NCBI GenBank assembly: GCA_043797445.1 | Contig: JAZDPP010000092.1 | Span: 1 to 32,000 of the forward strand | Direction: 5' to 3' | DNA from: Pseudomonadota bacterium | GTDB taxonomy: Bacteria > Desulfobacterota > Desulfobacteria > Desulfobacterales > JAFDDL01 | DNA: 32,000 nucleotides | Part shown: positions 24,033 to 32,000 of the stretch, in pieces | How positions within the stretch are numbered: the stretch's first letter is position 1 | How the letters are laid out: each line of letters opens with the position of its first letter | The notes under the pieces: model-generated | Databases searched by the model: none | The model's input: the letters and a program-made list of their open reading frames with translations, nothing else | Told to the model about the DNA's origin: nothing | Position numbers and translations under genes: made by a program

Positions 24033-27000
24033 TTAACCCCGATAAACGGGACTCTTTTCAGTACCCCCTTGAGGGGTATAAATACCTTTTTCCACGGAGC
24101 GCCCCTTCCACAGTTTATAAACCGCCGGGTAGACCAGAAGTTCCAGCAGAAAGGAGGTCAGGAGCCCGCCGATCATCGGGGCGGCGATGCGTTTCATGAC
24201 ATCGGATCCGGCGGAGGTGGACCACATGATGGGAAGAAGTCCCATGAAGGCGGCCGATACGGTCATGATCTTCGGCCGGACGCGTTTGACCGCGCCGTGA
24301 ATGATCGCCTCGTCGAGATCGGCGAGGTTGTTTAAGAAACCTCTTTTCTTGGCATCCTCGTAGGAGAGATCGAGAAAGAGCAGCATGAAGACACCGGTTT
24401 CGGCATCCAGTCCCAGCAGCGCGATCATTCCCACCCATGCGGCGATCGAGACATTGTAGTCGAGAAAATAAAAGAGCCAGATGGCGCCGATCGCCGAAAA
24501 GGGAACGGCCAGCATCACGAGCAGCGATTTAAAGACCGATCGCGTGTTGAAGAAAAGAAGGAGAAAGATGAGCGTGAGCGTGATCGGAATGATCACCTTC
24601 ATTCGCTCCTTTACCCGCAGCATGTTCTCATACTGCCCGCTCCACTGAAGGGAGTAGCCGGTGGGAAGGGTTAACGCTTCGGTCACTTTTTTCTTCGCCT
24701 CCTCGACATACCCGCCGATATCTCTTCCGGTGATATAGACATAGACATACCCGGATAAAAAGCCGTTTTCATCGCGCAGCATGGAGGGTCCCTGCGTCAT
24801 TCGAATATCGGCGAGTAAGCTTAGCGGAACCTGGGCGCCTGTTTCCGTGGGGACCAGAATACGGGCGAGGCTGTCGAGGTTGTCCCGAAGCTCTCTGGGA
24901 TACCGGACGTTGACCGGGTAGCGCTCCCGGCCCTCGATGGTGGTGGTGATATTCTCGCCGCCCACCGCGCTCATGATGATGTCCTGAAGGGCGCCGATGG
25001 TGAGTCCGTAGCGGGCCAGCTGATCCCGGCGGGGTTCGAAATCCAGAAAATACCCCTCGGCCGTTCGCTCCGCAAAGACGCTGCTCGTGCCGGGGACGTT
25101 TTTAATGAGCAGTTCGATTTCCTGCCCGATGCGTTCGATCTCCTTTAAATCCGAACCGAAAATCTTGATCCCGAGGGGACTGCGGATGCCCGTCGAGAGC
25201 ATGTCGATCCGGGCCTTTATCGGCATGGTCATGGCGCCCCGGCTGGTCACTCCCGGAATGACGAGTTTGTCATCCATTTCAGCCAACAGCTCCTCGTAGG
25301 AGAGATGATCGGGCCAGGCGAGCCTTAGAAACGATTTCAGCCAGTCGGGGGCAAGGCCGGAATACCAGCGCTTCTTTGTCCGCCATTCGGTTTCCGGCTT
25401 CAAAACGATCGTTGTCTCCATCATGGAAAAGGGGGCCGGGTCGGTACTGGTGTCGGCGCGCCCGGCTTTCCCGAAAACCCGTTCCACCTCCGGAAACGAG
25501 GTGAGAATGCGGTCCTGCGTTTCCATTACCCGCTGCGCTTCCCCGACCGATATGCCGGGAAGCGTTGTCGGCATGAAGAGAAGCGAGCCCTCGCGTAAGG
25601 GCGGCATGAATTCCGAGCCGAGATGGAAATAGGCCGGGAGGCTGGCGGCGACAAGGAGAAAAGAGACCAGGATGACCGTCTTCGGGCGGCGGATTATGAG
25701 ACGGCAGGCCGGTTCATAGAGCTTAAAGAGAATCCGGCTGATGGGGTGCCTTTCCTCCGCGTAATAGGTGCCGACGAGCGCGTGAGAGGCGACCCGGGCG
25801 AGCCACCGGGGACGGAAGGAAAAGGCGTCCATGCGGCTAAAGAGCATGCGCATGGCCGGATCGAGCGTGACGGCGAGAATGGCGGCGATTCCCATGGCGA
25901 GGTTTTTGGAGTAGGCCAGCGGCTTAAAGAGCCGTCCCTCCTGATCCACGAGGGCAAAGACGGGCAGAAAGGCAACGGCGATGACGAGAAGCGAGAAGAA
26001 GACGGAGGGGCCGACCTCTTTTAAGGCCTCCAGGCGAATCGCGTGAAAATCTCCCTTTCTGCCATCGGCCTGCCAGTGATAAAGCTTGTTGTAGGCGTTT
26101 TCCACCTCCACGATGGCGCCGTCCACCAGCACCCCGATGGAGATCGCTATACCGGCGAGCGACATGATATTCACCGTTACTCCCAGATAGTAAAGGGGGA
26201 TGAAGGAGAAGAGCACCGAGATCGGGATGGTGAGAATTGGAATGATAGCGGAAGGAATGTGCCAGAGAAAGAGGAGGATGACGAGGGAAACGATGATCAT
26301 TTCGATCACGAGCTCATGGCGTAGCGTGTGAAGGGCGCGAATGATGAGATCGGACCGGTCGTAGGTGGTAAGCATTTTGACCCCTTTCGGCAGCGACGGG
26401 GTGAGCTCGTTCAGCTTGTCCTTTACGGCGTTGATGACGGTCAGCGCGTTTTCGCCGTGACGCATGACGACGATGCCGCCCACGGTATCGCCCTTGCCGT
26501 CGAGATCCGACACACCGCGCCGCATCTCCGGCCCCAGCTCCACCCGGGCGACATCTTTCAAAAGCACCGGTACGCCGCCGGGAGCGGTTTTGACGACGAT
26601 TTTCTCAAAATCCTCAAGCGTCCGGCTGTAACCCCGGCCGCGCACCATATACTCCTTTCCGGAAAACTCGAGAAGTCGGCCGCCCACCTCGTTATTGGAC
26701 AGGCGGATGGCCTCGGTCACGCGGGCGAGGGGAAGATTATAGGCCGAGAGCCGGTTCGGATCGACCGTCACCTGGTACTGCTTCACGAACCCGCCGATGC
26801 TGGCTACTTCCGCGACGCCTGGCACGGACTGGACGGCGTAGCGAAGGGTCCAGTCCTGATAGGAGCGAAGGGAATCGAGAGCGTACGTTCCGGACTCATC
26901 CACGAGCGCATACTGAAACACCCAGCCGACGCCCGTGGCATCGGGCCCCAGCTCCGTGCTCACGCCCTCGGGGAGACGCGGCTGAATCTTGGAGAGATAC

Positions 27001-27332
27001 TCCAGCACGCGGGATCTGGCCCAGTAGATATCGGTGCCGTCCTGAAATATGACGTAAATATAGGAAAACCCGAAATCCGACAATCCCCGAATCGCCTTGA
27101 CCTTGGGGGCGCCCAGAAGTGAGGTGATGATGGGGTAGGTCAACTGGTCCTCAATGATGTCGGGGGACCGGTCCCATTTGGAGTAGATGATCACCTGCGT
27201 ATCGGAGAGATCCGGCAGGGCATCGAGGCGGATGTTTTTGAGAATATAGACCGATAACACCCCCACCGCGAGGGTCAAAAGGATCACGAGCCAGCGGTTC
27301 AGCGCGGAAAATTCGATAACTTTTTTGATCAT
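24033..27332 (-). CDS. cusA: Heavy-metal efflux RND pump, CusA-type (Cu(I)/Ag(I))
   Basis: 1099 aa. MIKKVIEFSALNRWLV...DALPDLSDTQVIIYSKW...YWARSRVLEYL...ELGPDATGVGW is collinear with E. coli CusA. The three Met of the CusA Cu(I) site appear conserved (LLFMPTT, SMMETT, RIDMLSTGI). The VDGAIVEVENAY motif is also present. Confidence 0.95.
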   Translation of the reverse strand: MIKKVIEFSALNRWLVILLTLAVGVLSVYILKNIRLDALPDLSDTQVIIYSKWDRSPDIIEDQLTYPIITSLLGAPKVKAIRGLSDFGFSYIYVIFQDGTDIYWARSRVLEYLSKIQPRLPEGVSTELGPDATGVGWVFQYALVDESGTYALDSLRSYQDWTLRYAVQSVPGVAEVASIGGFVKQYQVTVDPNRLSAYNLPLARVTEAIRLSNNEVGGRLLEFSGKEYMVRGRGYSRTLEDFEKIVVKTAPGGVPVLLKDVARVELGPEMRRGVSDLDGKGDTVGGIVVMRHGENALTVINAVKDKLNELTPSLPKGVKMLTTYDRSDLIIRALHTLRHELVIEMIIVSLVILLFLWHIPSAIIPILTIPISVLFSFIPLYYLGVTVNIMSLAGIAISIGVLVDGAIVEVENAYNKLYHWQADGRKGDFHAIRLEALKEVGPSVFFSLLVIAVAFLPVFALVDQEGRLFKPLAYSKNLAMGIAAILAVTLDPAMRMLFSRMDAFSFRPRWLARVASHALVGTYYAEERHPISRILFKLYEPACRLIIRRPKTVILVSFLLVAASLPAYFHLGSEFMPPLREGSLLFMPTTLPGISVGEAQRVMETQDRILTSFPEVERVFGKAGRADTSTDPAPFSMMETTIVLKPETEWRTKKRWYSGLAPDWLKSFLRLAWPDHLSYEELLAEMDDKLVIPGVTSRGAMTMPIKARIDMLSTGIRSPLGIKIFGSDLKEIERIGQEIELLIKNVPGTSSVFAERTAEGYFLDFEPRRDQLARYGLTIGALQDIIMSAVGGENITTTIEGRERYPVNVRYPRELRDNLDSLARILVPTETGAQVPLSLLADIRMTQGPSMLRDENGFLSGYVYVYITGRDIGGYVEEAKKKVTEALTLPTGYSLQWSGQYENMLRVKERMKVIIPITLTLIFLLLFFNTRSVFKSLLVMLAVPFSAIGAIWLFYFLDYNVSIAAWVGMIALLGLDAETGVFMLLFLDLSYEDAKKRGFLNNLADLDEAIIHGAVKRVRPKIMTVSAAFMGLLPIMWSTSAGSDVMKRIAAPMIGGLLTSFLLELLVYPAVYKLWKGRSVEKGIYTPQGGTEKSPVYRG

Positions 27333-28723
27333 GGCCCGCTCGCTCCGCTTTTGGAGGTTGTTCCCTGCATCGCCGCGTCGACAATGGCCTGAAGCCGGGA
27401 TTCCGAATCAATGAGGAAATTGGCGCGGATTACCACGTTCTCACCGGCCTCAATGCCCGAGAGCACCTGGGCCTTTCCCCGGCTGATCGCGCCGCAACGG
27501 ATTTCACGCGGCGTAAATCCGCTCTTTCCCGTTTGCACGAAAACAATTTTTCGCGTCCCCGAGTCCATCACCGCCGAGTCCGGAATCACGACCGATTCCC
27601 CGAGATCGAGCATCAGATCGATATCGACGAACATGCCGGGTTTTAAGGCGAGCGAATCGTTTTCAAACTCCAGGCGGGCTTTCAGCGTGCGGCTTTCGGT
27701 ATTGAGAAAGGGCGTGATAAAGGAAATTTTGCCTTTTCGGGAGAACCCCGGATCGAAAGGGGCCGTTAAAATGGCCTCTTGCCCGATCCCAAGGCTTGCC
27801 GCCTCGTACTCGTAAAACTCCGCCTCCACCCAGATGGTGGACAAATCGGCCACCGCAAAGAGCGTCATTCCCGGTTCGACTTTTTGTCCCTCCACCACGT
27901 CTTTCACGGTCACAAGGCCCGATACGGGGGCGAAGACGGGAACGGTCCGCTGGATCTTTTCGGAGGTCAAAAGCGTGGTGATGAAGGCGTCGGGGACATC
28001 GAAGAGCTCAAGCCGCTTTCGGGCCGACTTCAAGAGCAGCGCCGCGGTCTTCCGGACATCGGGGTCTCCGGAGGCCGAGAGCTCCGCCGCGCTTCGCTTG
28101 GCCTGAAGAAACTCTTCCTGGCCTGACACGAGTGTCGGTGAGTAGAGGGAGAGAACCGGGTCTCCGGCTTTGACCGGCTGGCCGGTGTAATTGATGAAGA
28201 GTTTATCCACCCAGCCGTCGATTTTCGTTTGAACGCTTCGCATCCGGGTCTCATCGGCAACCACGCGGCCAACCGTTCGAATCGTGCGATGAAAGCGTTC
28301 CCGAACCGCCGGCGTGGTGACGACGCCCGAGACGCGAACCGCCGCTTCGGAGAGAGTGATCGGCGCCAGTCCTTTCACGGTTTTGGGTAAGGCACCGGTA
28401 TCTTCCGCAAAAAAATCTTCGGCTTCCTCTTCGGGCGTTTTGGTTTTGGGCGCCGTTCCTTCGGCATAGACGGGGATATAATCCATCCCCATCCAGTCCT
28501 TGGCTGGCACCGGGGAGGTAATGGTGGGGTCCATGGGATTCCGGTAGAAGAGGATCTTAGGTTCTCCCGAGGCCGTTTGGCCTCCGGTTATTCCCGAAAA
28601 AAACGGTTTGCCGTAATGCCAGGTGACGAGCGCGGCGGCACCGATGGCGGCCAGGATCAGAAGCGTGATCAGGGCCTTTTTGCGGGGGCGCGATTTTTGG
28701 TTGTGAGCATTCTGATGGTTCAT
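27329..28723 (-). CDS. cusB: Efflux RND periplasmic adaptor, CusB-type
   Basis: 464 aa with an N-terminal TM/signal segment. The segment YRNPMDPTITSPVPAKDWMGMDYIPVY parallels the CusB N-terminal Met-rich Cu(I) site (..DPMYP....DKPGKSPFMDMDLVP.Y). Typical barrel-sandwich/beta-barrel adaptor regions follow. It overlaps cusA by 4 nt. Confidence 0.9.
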   Translation of the reverse strand: MNHQNAHNQKSRPRKKALITLLILAAIGAAALVTWHYGKPFFSGITGGQTASGEPKILFYRNPMDPTITSPVPAKDWMGMDYIPVYAEGTAPKTKTPEEEAEDFFAEDTGALPKTVKGLAPITLSEAAVRVSGVVTTPAVRERFHRTIRTVGRVVADETRMRSVQTKIDGWVDKLFINYTGQPVKAGDPVLSLYSPTLVSGQEEFLQAKRSAAELSASGDPDVRKTAALLLKSARKRLELFDVPDAFITTLLTSEKIQRTVPVFAPVSGLVTVKDVVEGQKVEPGMTLFAVADLSTIWVEAEFYEYEAASLGIGQEAILTAPFDPGFSRKGKISFITPFLNTESRTLKARLEFENDSLALKPGMFVDIDLMLDLGESVVIPDSAVMDSGTRKIVFVQTGKSGFTPREIRCGAISRGKAQVLSGIEAGENVVIRANFLIDSESRLQAIVDAAMQGTTSKSGASGP

Positions 28724-28779
28724 ATGTTTCCCTTTGTCTGCGGAATTCTTCGCAGGGGCAATCTCCGGTAATCCATGGT

Positions 28780-28807
28780 GGGGGGGCGGGCCCCCCCCCC
28801 CCCCCCC
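28780..28807. repeat. Homopolymeric G/C tract: G7-C-G3-C17
   Basis: Read directly: GGGGGGGCGGG followed by 17 consecutive C. It lies in the 207-bp spacer between the second TolC-like gene and cusB, flanked by a 10-bp direct repeat AGGGGCAATC (28754-28763 and 28810-28819). Confidence 0.9.
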
Positions 28808-28895
28808 GTAGGGGCAATCCTATGTGATTGCCCTTTTTTCTCGTGGCGGCGGTTAATAACCCTGAATGAGGGCGGCCACATAGGGCCGCCCCTAC
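28808..28895. repeat. Two inverted copies of a REP-like hairpin element (GTAGGGGC-NNN-C CTATGT G-NNN-GCCC)
   Basis: Copy 1 on the + strand is GTAGGGGCAATC-CTATGT-GATTGCCC, followed by TTTTTT (28808-28839). Copy 2 on the - strand is GTAGGGGCGGCC-CTATGT-GGCCGCCC (28870-28895). Flank and loop are identical, and the stem differences are compensatory (AAT/ATT against GGC/GCC). Confidence 0.6.
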
Positions 28896-28930
28896 GGTGT
28901 TTCTCGATACCCCTTGTGTCGCTGGATTGC

Positions 28931-30472
28931 CTACCAGGAGACCCCCGTTATTTCCCTCAATTCGGCCAGGGCCCGCCCCAGATCGCTCGCGCTTTTTTCA
29001 ACGGCCAGCCGCGTTTCAAAAAGAGCCGTTGCCGTGCCGATGAGCTCCGGAAACGATTTTCCCCCGCTTTCGACGGCTTTGGCGGCAGCGGAAAAGTCGA
29101 GTTGGGCGTAGGCGGTGATCCGGTCCTTATACAGCAGGAACTGACGTCTTGCCCTGTCGGCAGTGAGCCAGGCGTCTTGTACCATGGAAGCAGTGAGTGC
29201 CTCCTCACCGGAAAGTTCCCGGCGAAGGGCCGTCAGCTTTTGTTTTGTCTCCCGAAGATAGGCCTCGCCGAGACCGAACCCCGAATCCCTTGGAATTCCC
29301 GCCCCGGCACCGGCCTCCGAAGTGACGGAAAAAGGCTCCTGCATTCTCATCGTTCCCGCCCGGGTTACGGCCCGGTTGTCGGTAAGGGACAGGTTACCGG
29401 TAAATCCGGGGAAAATTTCGGTTTCGGCCATCTCGATCATTAGCTCCATCCGGGAGATCATGGCGCGCATTTTCCGTAACTCCTGGCGCCGCTCCGCGGC
29501 GAGCGTCGATAGGTGTTCCGGAGAGGGGAATGTCTTTTCCAGCTTGCCGGTCGCTGGGGTACCGATTTTGGCTGTGGCCGGAAGCAGCAACAGCGCTCTT
29601 ATTTTTGCTTCACTATTCAGCTTTTCTGTTTCAAAGGTCGTCAGCTCTTCTTTCATTTTTTGTTTTTGCACCGAAACCGCGCTGAGTTCCTGAACCGGCC
29701 CGGCGCCGGTTTCGTAGCGTCTCGTCGTCGATGATTCCAGGGTTTTCAGAAGCGAGAGGGAGGCGGCGGTAATGTCGATGGCCCCCTCCGCAAATATCAG
29801 ATCCCAGTAGGCTTTTCGAGCCTGTGTCACCGCGCTTCTGACCGCGATTTCGAAATCTTCCCGCGCGATCCGGACTTCCTGGGTGACAATATCGCCTTTG
29901 AGGGAAACGATGCCCGGGAAGGGATACTTCCGCTCGATGCTCTCCATGTCCGACATGGCACCGACGCCGGTCATGATGCTTGCCGTAAAGGCGCCGTACT
30001 GTCGAAGAATTTCCTCCAGATTGGCGGCCTGACTGTAAGCTTCCAGGGTCGCCTTGACCGTGTGCCCGGCGGATGAGACGAGCGGATTTCTCCCAAGGAT
30101 GAGAATTTCAAGCGCCTCAAGAGAAAAACCGTCTTTTAAGGCCACCTCACAGGCGGCATCATCGGTGAATGCCGGAGAAAGCGCTTCGTGCCGCGAGGCG
30201 TTCGGCGTATAAAAGACGGCATCGGGCCGGGGGGCGGTCAGCTCCTTTTCCCCCTTTTCTTTCAGCGCCGTCCAGTCGAATTCCGGCGGATGGATTGGCG
30301 AATCCGGCCTTATCGATGGGAGCGGTGGCGGGGTAACGGCGCTGCTTGTCGCGTGAAACATGGGCGGCGGTTCGTACCGGTCCATCTCCGAAATGACGGC
30401 GGACCGGCCCGCGCATGCCGAGAGAACGGCCGGAAGCAACACAACAAAGCTGAATAAACGCGATCGGTTCAT
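28931..30472 (-). CDS. Outer-membrane efflux lipoprotein, TolC/CusC family
   Basis: 513 aa. It has a lipoprotein signal with lipobox LSAC (MNRSRLFSFVVLLPAVLSAC), a Pro-rich linker, then two long helical-repeat halves typical of outer-membrane factor proteins. Its start overlaps the upstream gene by 4 nt. Confidence 0.85.
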   Translation of the reverse strand: MNRSRLFSFVVLLPAVLSACAGRSAVISEMDRYEPPPMFHATSSAVTPPPLPSIRPDSPIHPPEFDWTALKEKGEKELTAPRPDAVFYTPNASRHEALSPAFTDDAACEVALKDGFSLEALEILILGRNPLVSSAGHTVKATLEAYSQAANLEEILRQYGAFTASIMTGVGAMSDMESIERKYPFPGIVSLKGDIVTQEVRIAREDFEIAVRSAVTQARKAYWDLIFAEGAIDITAASLSLLKTLESSTTRRYETGAGPVQELSAVSVQKQKMKEELTTFETEKLNSEAKIRALLLLPATAKIGTPATGKLEKTFPSPEHLSTLAAERRQELRKMRAMISRMELMIEMAETEIFPGFTGNLSLTDNRAVTRAGTMRMQEPFSVTSEAGAGAGIPRDSGFGLGEAYLRETKQKLTALRRELSGEEALTASMVQDAWLTADRARRQFLLYKDRITAYAQLDFSAAAKAVESGGKSFPELIGTATALFETRLAVEKSASDLGRALAELREITGVSW

Positions 30473-31872
30473 GGGGCCTCTTTCGGTTCCGCCGGAGCCG
30501 CCGGGTCTTTTTCAGTCAGATGCCGTCCGGCCAGCGCCTCCAGCCGGGCGAGATATTTACCGTGGTCGGCGCCCGCCCGGGCGAGGGCCAACTGGAAATT
30601 ATACCAGACCGATTCGGTTTCGGCGGCGTCGCTGAAACTTCCCTCCCCCTCGCGAAACCAGGTTTCCGCCGTTTTCACGGCTTTTAAGGCTTGGGGAATC
30701 AGTTGCTCCCGGTATAAAACGACCAGGCGCTCCGCGGTTTGAAGCCGGAACCAGGTTTCCCGGACGGCGGCCAGGGTCTCGTTGGTTTGCACCACCGTCA
30801 TGGCCTTTGCTTTTTCCAACGCGGCCCGGGAGGCATCCATCCGGCCGGTGTTTTTTCCCCACCACAGGGGAATCGTCATGCCGAACTGAACGCCGGTCAT
30901 GTTCTCGCGGGAGTTATCCGGGCTTTCGGGAGCGGTGCTCTCAAATATCACGCCCAGCATGAATTCAGGTAACGTTTCATACCGGGCAACGGAGACCTCG
31001 GCCGAGGATTTCTCCATTTCCGCCCTGGCCATGCGGATTTCTTCGCGGTTCTTTTGGGCAAGGGCATAGATTTCGTGGAGAGTGAAAACCACCGAACGCA
31101 TCGCCTCCCCGGCCACGGGGCCGATCGGTGCTTCCGGCGGCCGGTTCAGCAGCGCGTTTAATCGGGCGATTTCGGTCTTCTCGAGGTCGGACAGCAACAG
31201 AACATCATAGGCGCTCTGGGCCGCCTGGGATTTGGCTTTCATCACATCGATCAGGGCGGCGCGGTTTTGCGCCGCCGCCGTCTCGCTGTTGGTGGTTAGC
31301 CGGGCCAGCAGCGCTTGTGTTTGGCCCGCGATTTTCGTGGCTTTTTGAATATAGGAAAGCTCATGAAAGGATTCACGGATCGCGGTCCCGGTGTCGCGGA
31401 TATTCCGGTCCAGTTCGATCCTTCGCACCTGGGATTCGGCCTGGGCCGCTTTCCCGGCCGCGCTCAATTTCCCCGGAAAGGGAATCGTTTGCGAGATCAT
31501 GGCCTCGACTTTTTTATCGTTCAAATCGTCCGCAATCGATTCCGGCCAGTAGATGACCGATACCTGGGGGTCCGGATAGGCCGTTTTGACCCGCGGAAGC
31601 GAGAGCGATTCGGCCCATCCTTCCCGGCCGGCCCGGATCATCGGGGAAGCCTGGTAAGCGTAGTCCAGAAGGTCTGAAAGGCCGGGGCCTTTGGTGATCC
31701 GTTCTTCAATGGCGTTAAGATCCGGGGCGGGAGGATTCGTCGGTTCAGCGAATACCGGATCCCGCAACCCGGGAAAGAAATACAGGATCGACAGAGCGCA
31801 GCAGGCGATGCGGAAAATCCCGATTCGTGTTTTCTTTTCAGATCTGCGGGTATATGCGAGCGGATCTATCAT
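30469..31872 (-). CDS. Outer-membrane efflux protein, TolC/CzcC family (no lipobox)
   Basis: 467 aa with an N-terminal hydrophobic signal-like segment but no lipobox Cys. LSDLLDYAYQASPMIRAGREGW... and a duplicated coiled-coil/beta architecture are typical of the OMF family. Confidence 0.85.
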   Translation of the reverse strand: MIDPLAYTRRSEKKTRIGIFRIACCALSILYFFPGLRDPVFAEPTNPPAPDLNAIEERITKGPGLSDLLDYAYQASPMIRAGREGWAESLSLPRVKTAYPDPQVSVIYWPESIADDLNDKKVEAMISQTIPFPGKLSAAGKAAQAESQVRRIELDRNIRDTGTAIRESFHELSYIQKATKIAGQTQALLARLTTNSETAAAQNRAALIDVMKAKSQAAQSAYDVLLLSDLEKTEIARLNALLNRPPEAPIGPVAGEAMRSVVFTLHEIYALAQKNREEIRMARAEMEKSSAEVSVARYETLPEFMLGVIFESTAPESPDNSRENMTGVQFGMTIPLWWGKNTGRMDASRAALEKAKAMTVVQTNETLAAVRETWFRLQTAERLVVLYREQLIPQALKAVKTAETWFREGEGSFSDAAETESVWYNFQLALARAGADHGKYLARLEALAGRHLTEKDPAAPAEPKEAP

Positions 31873-31930
31873 GTCGTTTTCCTTACCCCCTTCGAGCGGT
31901 TGAGAAATTCTTCCCCATCCGGGATCTGTT

Positions 31931-32000
31931 TTATTTCAGCGTATAGGTAAAATTATCCTTTATTGTTTTGTCCCCCGCAACGATTTTACTGGTGAGCGTA
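31931..32000 (-). CDS. 3' end of an unidentified gene running off the window
   Basis: The minus-strand frame is open from the window edge and reads ...TLTSKIVAGDKTIKDNFTYTLK*, with the stop at 31931-31933. Only about 22 codons are visible, so no family can be assigned. Confidence 0.2.
   Translation of the reverse strand, partial: TLTSKIVAGDKTIKDNFTYTLK

Noticed and set aside
26328-27122. Long antisense ORFs inside confidently called genes. Examples are 26328-27122 (+) in cusA, 4658-5392 (+) in the CoA-transferase gene, 21584-22345 (+) in the ACAD gene, 9751-10251 (-) in the PpsA-like gene, and 12277-12735 (-) in the UbiD gene.
   Set aside because: These are shadow ORFs typical of GC-rich coding DNA. 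Their translations are low-complexity (R/G/P-rich), have no recognisable motifs and lack an RBS.
27329-28723. Reading the adaptor N-terminus (FYRNPMDPTITSPVPAKDWMGMDYIPVY) as a degenerate, Cys-less YHS/HMBD zinc-ribbon and therefore anomalous.
   Set aside because: The segment matches the normal Met-based Cu(I) site of CusB-type adaptors (PM...M.M). It is expected rather than unusual.
1-32000. tRNA, rRNA, CRISPR arrays and defence-system hallmarks (Cas, reverse transcriptase, cyclase/effector pairs, restriction-modification).
   Set aside because: I saw no T-loop/GTTCGAATC-type tRNA signatures, no rRNA-like stretches and no regularly spaced direct repeats. No ORF has such hallmark motifs. The only defence-related content is the three type II TA modules.

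Overview
This 32 kb segment has mixed base composition and reads like the genome of an anaerobic, deltaproteobacterium-style organism; the taxon is inference only. I saw no rRNA, tRNA or CRISPR array. All calls come from reading the supplied ORF translations and the DNA by eye, with no searches run.

- **Left part (1-7.4 kb):** a 5'-truncated ISAzo13-type transposase, an orphan chrB-like gene, a decayed Fe-S gene remnant, an ihfA-like gene, an orphan cheD, an acetyl-CoA hydrolase/transferase-family CoA-transferase, a cupin-like ORF, cspA and yceH.
- **Centre (7.7-17.9 kb), the most interesting block:** a hypothetical protein built from two tandem ~100-aa modules, a PpsA-like phosphohistidine-domain protein, a convergent/divergent LysR regulator, a single UbiD-family (de)carboxylase, a PpsB-like ATP-grasp protein, an AMP-forming aryl/acyl-CoA ligase, a partner-less UPF0261/Tm-1-like ATP-binding protein and UbiX. 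It resembles the phenylphosphate synthase/carboxylase logic of anaerobic phenol or aniline activation, but its subunit composition and organisation are non-canonical and the substrate is unassigned.
- **18-24 kb, a patchwork accessory region:** an AT-richer island carries rsgA, two MazEF-type modules, a small orphan ORF and a truncated Cache-sensor remnant. It is followed by a GC-rich acyl-CoA dehydrogenase + TIGR04076 pair, a VapBC module and a decayed S24/LexA-like remnant.
- **Right part (24-31.9 kb):** a Cu(I)/Ag(I)-type RND efflux operon (cusA and cusB) preceded by two tandem TolC/CusC-like genes. The intergenic slot between them holds an unusual repeat-filled sequence: G7-C-G3-C17 plus two inverted REP-like hairpins with compensatory stem changes.
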